DNA from: Pristiophorus japonicus
Taxonomy: Eukaryota
Length of the DNA: 64,000 nt
Assembly (NCBI RefSeq): GCF_044704955.1
Contig: NC_091979.1
Span: forward strand, 319,300,001-319,364,000
Direction: 5' to 3'
Shown here: positions 61,791 through 64,000 of the stretch, one piece after another
How positions within the stretch are numbered: position 1 is the stretch's first letter
Layout of the letters: the number at the start of each line of letters is the position of its first letter
The notes under the pieces: model-generated
The model's database searches: none
What the model saw: the letters and a program-made list of their open reading frames with translations, nothing else
What the model was told of the DNA's origin: nothing
Position numbers and translations under genes: made by a program

Positions 61791-64000
61791 CATAACATAA
61801 GAATTAGGAACAGGAGTAAGCCATCTAGTCCCTCGAGCCTGCTCCGCCATTCAACAAGATCATGGCTGATCTGGCCGTGGACTCAGCTCCACTTACCCGC
61901 CCGCTCCCCGTAACCCTTAATTCCCTTATTGGTTAAAAATCTATCTATCTGTGATTTGAATACATTCAATGAGCTAGCCTCAACTGCTTCCTTGGGCAGA
62001 GAATTCCACAGATTCACAACCCTCTGGGAGAAGAAATTCCTTCTCAACTCGGTTTTAAATTGGCTCCCCCGTATTTTGAGGCTGTGCCCCCTAGTTCTAG
62101 TCTCCCCGACCAGTGGAACCAACCTCTCTGCCTCGATCTTGTCTATCCTTTCATTATTTTAAATGTTTCTAAAAGATCACCCCTCATCCTTCTGAACTCC
62201 AATGAGTAAAGACCCAGTCTACTCAATCTATCATCATAAGGTAACCCCCTCATCTCTGGAATCAGCCTAGTGAATCGTCTCTGTACCCCGTTCAAAGCTA
62301 GTATATCCTTCCTTATAACGACCAAAACTGCACGCAGTATTCCAGGTGCGGCCTCACCAATACCCTGTACAGTTGCAGCAGGACCTCCCTGCTTTTGTAA
62401 TCCACCCCTCTCGCAATGAAGGCCAACATTCCATTCGCCTTCCTGATTACCTGCTGCACCTGCAAACTAACTTTTTGTGATTCATGCACAAGGACCCCCA
62501 GGTCCCTCTGCACCACAGCATGTTGTAATTTTTCCCCATTCAAATAATATTCCCTTTTACTGTTTTTTTTTCCAAGGTGGATGACCTCACATTTTCCGAC
62601 ATTGTATTCCATCTGCCAAACCTTAGCCCATTCGCTTAGCCTATCTAAATCTCTTTGCAGCCTCTCTGTGTCCTCTACACAACCCGCTTTCCCACTAATC
62701 TTTGTGTCATCTGCAAATTTTGTTACACTACACTCTATCCCCTCTTCCAGGTCATCTATGTATATTGTAAACAGTTGTGGTTCCAGCACCAATCCCTGTG
62801 GCACACCACTAACCACCGATTTCCAACCCGAAAAGGACCCATTTACCCCGACTCTCTGCTTTCTGTTCGCCAGTCAATTCTCGATCCATGCTAATACATT
62901 TCCTCTGACTCCGCGTACCTTTATCTTCTGCAGTAACCTTTTATGTGGCACCTTATCGAATGCCTTTTGGAAATCTAAATATACCACATCCATCGGTGTA
63001 CCTCTATCCACCATGCTCGATATATGCTCAAAGAATTCCAGTAAATTAATTAAACATGATTTCCCCTTCATGAATCCATGTTGCGTCTGCTTGATTGCAC
63101 TATTCCTATCTAGATGTCCTGCTATTTCTTCCTCAATGATAGTTTCAAGCATTTTCCCCACTACAGATGTTAAACTAACCGGCCTATAGTTACCTGCCTT
63201 TCATCTGCCCCCTTTTTTAAACAGAGGTGTTACATTAGCTGCTTTCCAATCCGCTGGTACCTCCCCAGAGTCCAGAGAATTTTGGTCGATTATAACGAAT
63301 GCATCTGCTATAACTTCCGCCATCTCTTTTAATACCCTGGGATGCATTTCATCAGGACCAGGGGACTTGTCTACCTTGAGTCCCATTAGCCTGTCCAGCA
63401 CTACCCCTCTAGTGATAGTGATTGTCTCAAGCTCCTCCCTTCCCACATTCCTGTGACCAGCAATTTTTGGCATGGTTTTTGTGTCTTCCACTGTGAAGAC
63501 CGAAACAAAATAATTGTTTAAGGTCTCATCCATTTCCACATTTCCCATTATTAAATCCCCCTTCTCATCTTCTAAGGGACCAACATTTACTTTAGTCACT
63601 CTTTTCCATTTTATATATCTGTAAAAGCTTTTACTATCTGTTTTTATGTTTTGCGCAAGTTTACTTTCGTAATCTATCTTTCCTTTCTTTATTGCTTTCT
63701 TAGTCATTCTTTGCTGTCGTTTAAAATTTTCCTAATCTTCTAATTTCCCACTAACCTTGGCCACCTTATACGCATTGGTTTTTAATTTGATACTCTCCTT
63801 TATTTCCTTGGTTATCCATGGCTGGTTATCCCTTCTCTTACCGCCCTTCTTTTTCACTGGAATATATTTTTGTTGAGCACTATGAAAGAGCTCCTTAAAA
63901 GTCCTCCACTGTTCCTCAATTGTGCCACCGTTTAGTCTGTGTTTCCAGTCTACTTTAGCCAACTCTGCCCTCATCCCACTGTAGTCCCCTTTGTTTAAGC
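61790..64000 (-). mobile_element. CR1 LINE ORF2 (runs off the window)
   Basis: Multiple minus ORFs with RT motifs; aacataag tail. Confidence 0.95.

Overview
Repeat-dense vertebrate genomic DNA, most likely from a cartilaginous fish (shark-type CR1/L2/RTE/Penelope/Harbinger repeats and a shark UAA-like MHC class I protein). The only intact host ORF I can support is a 355-aa MHC class I heavy chain (33108..34175, minus strand) with no introns from leader to cytoplasmic tail. It retains a correctly spaced X1-X2-Y MHC promoter module upstream, has a minisatellite between promoter and ATG, and is bracketed by two direct arrays of one 30-bp G-rich minisatellite. It lies head-to-head with an IFIT pseudogene (37022..42084, split by nested CR1s). 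A second IFIT fragment lies at 8394..9129 and a possible IFIT first exon at about 58.7 kb. Other content: a decayed ~8.6-kb retrovirus with spuma/loki-like RT and a ~1.6-kb LTR, a near-full-length CR1 with a 77-bp monomer array in its 5' UTR, Gypsy elements including a gag+protease-only one, Harbinger and Penelope relics, several large minisatellites and one assembly gap. All calls are by eye from the sequence and ORF track; no searches were run.
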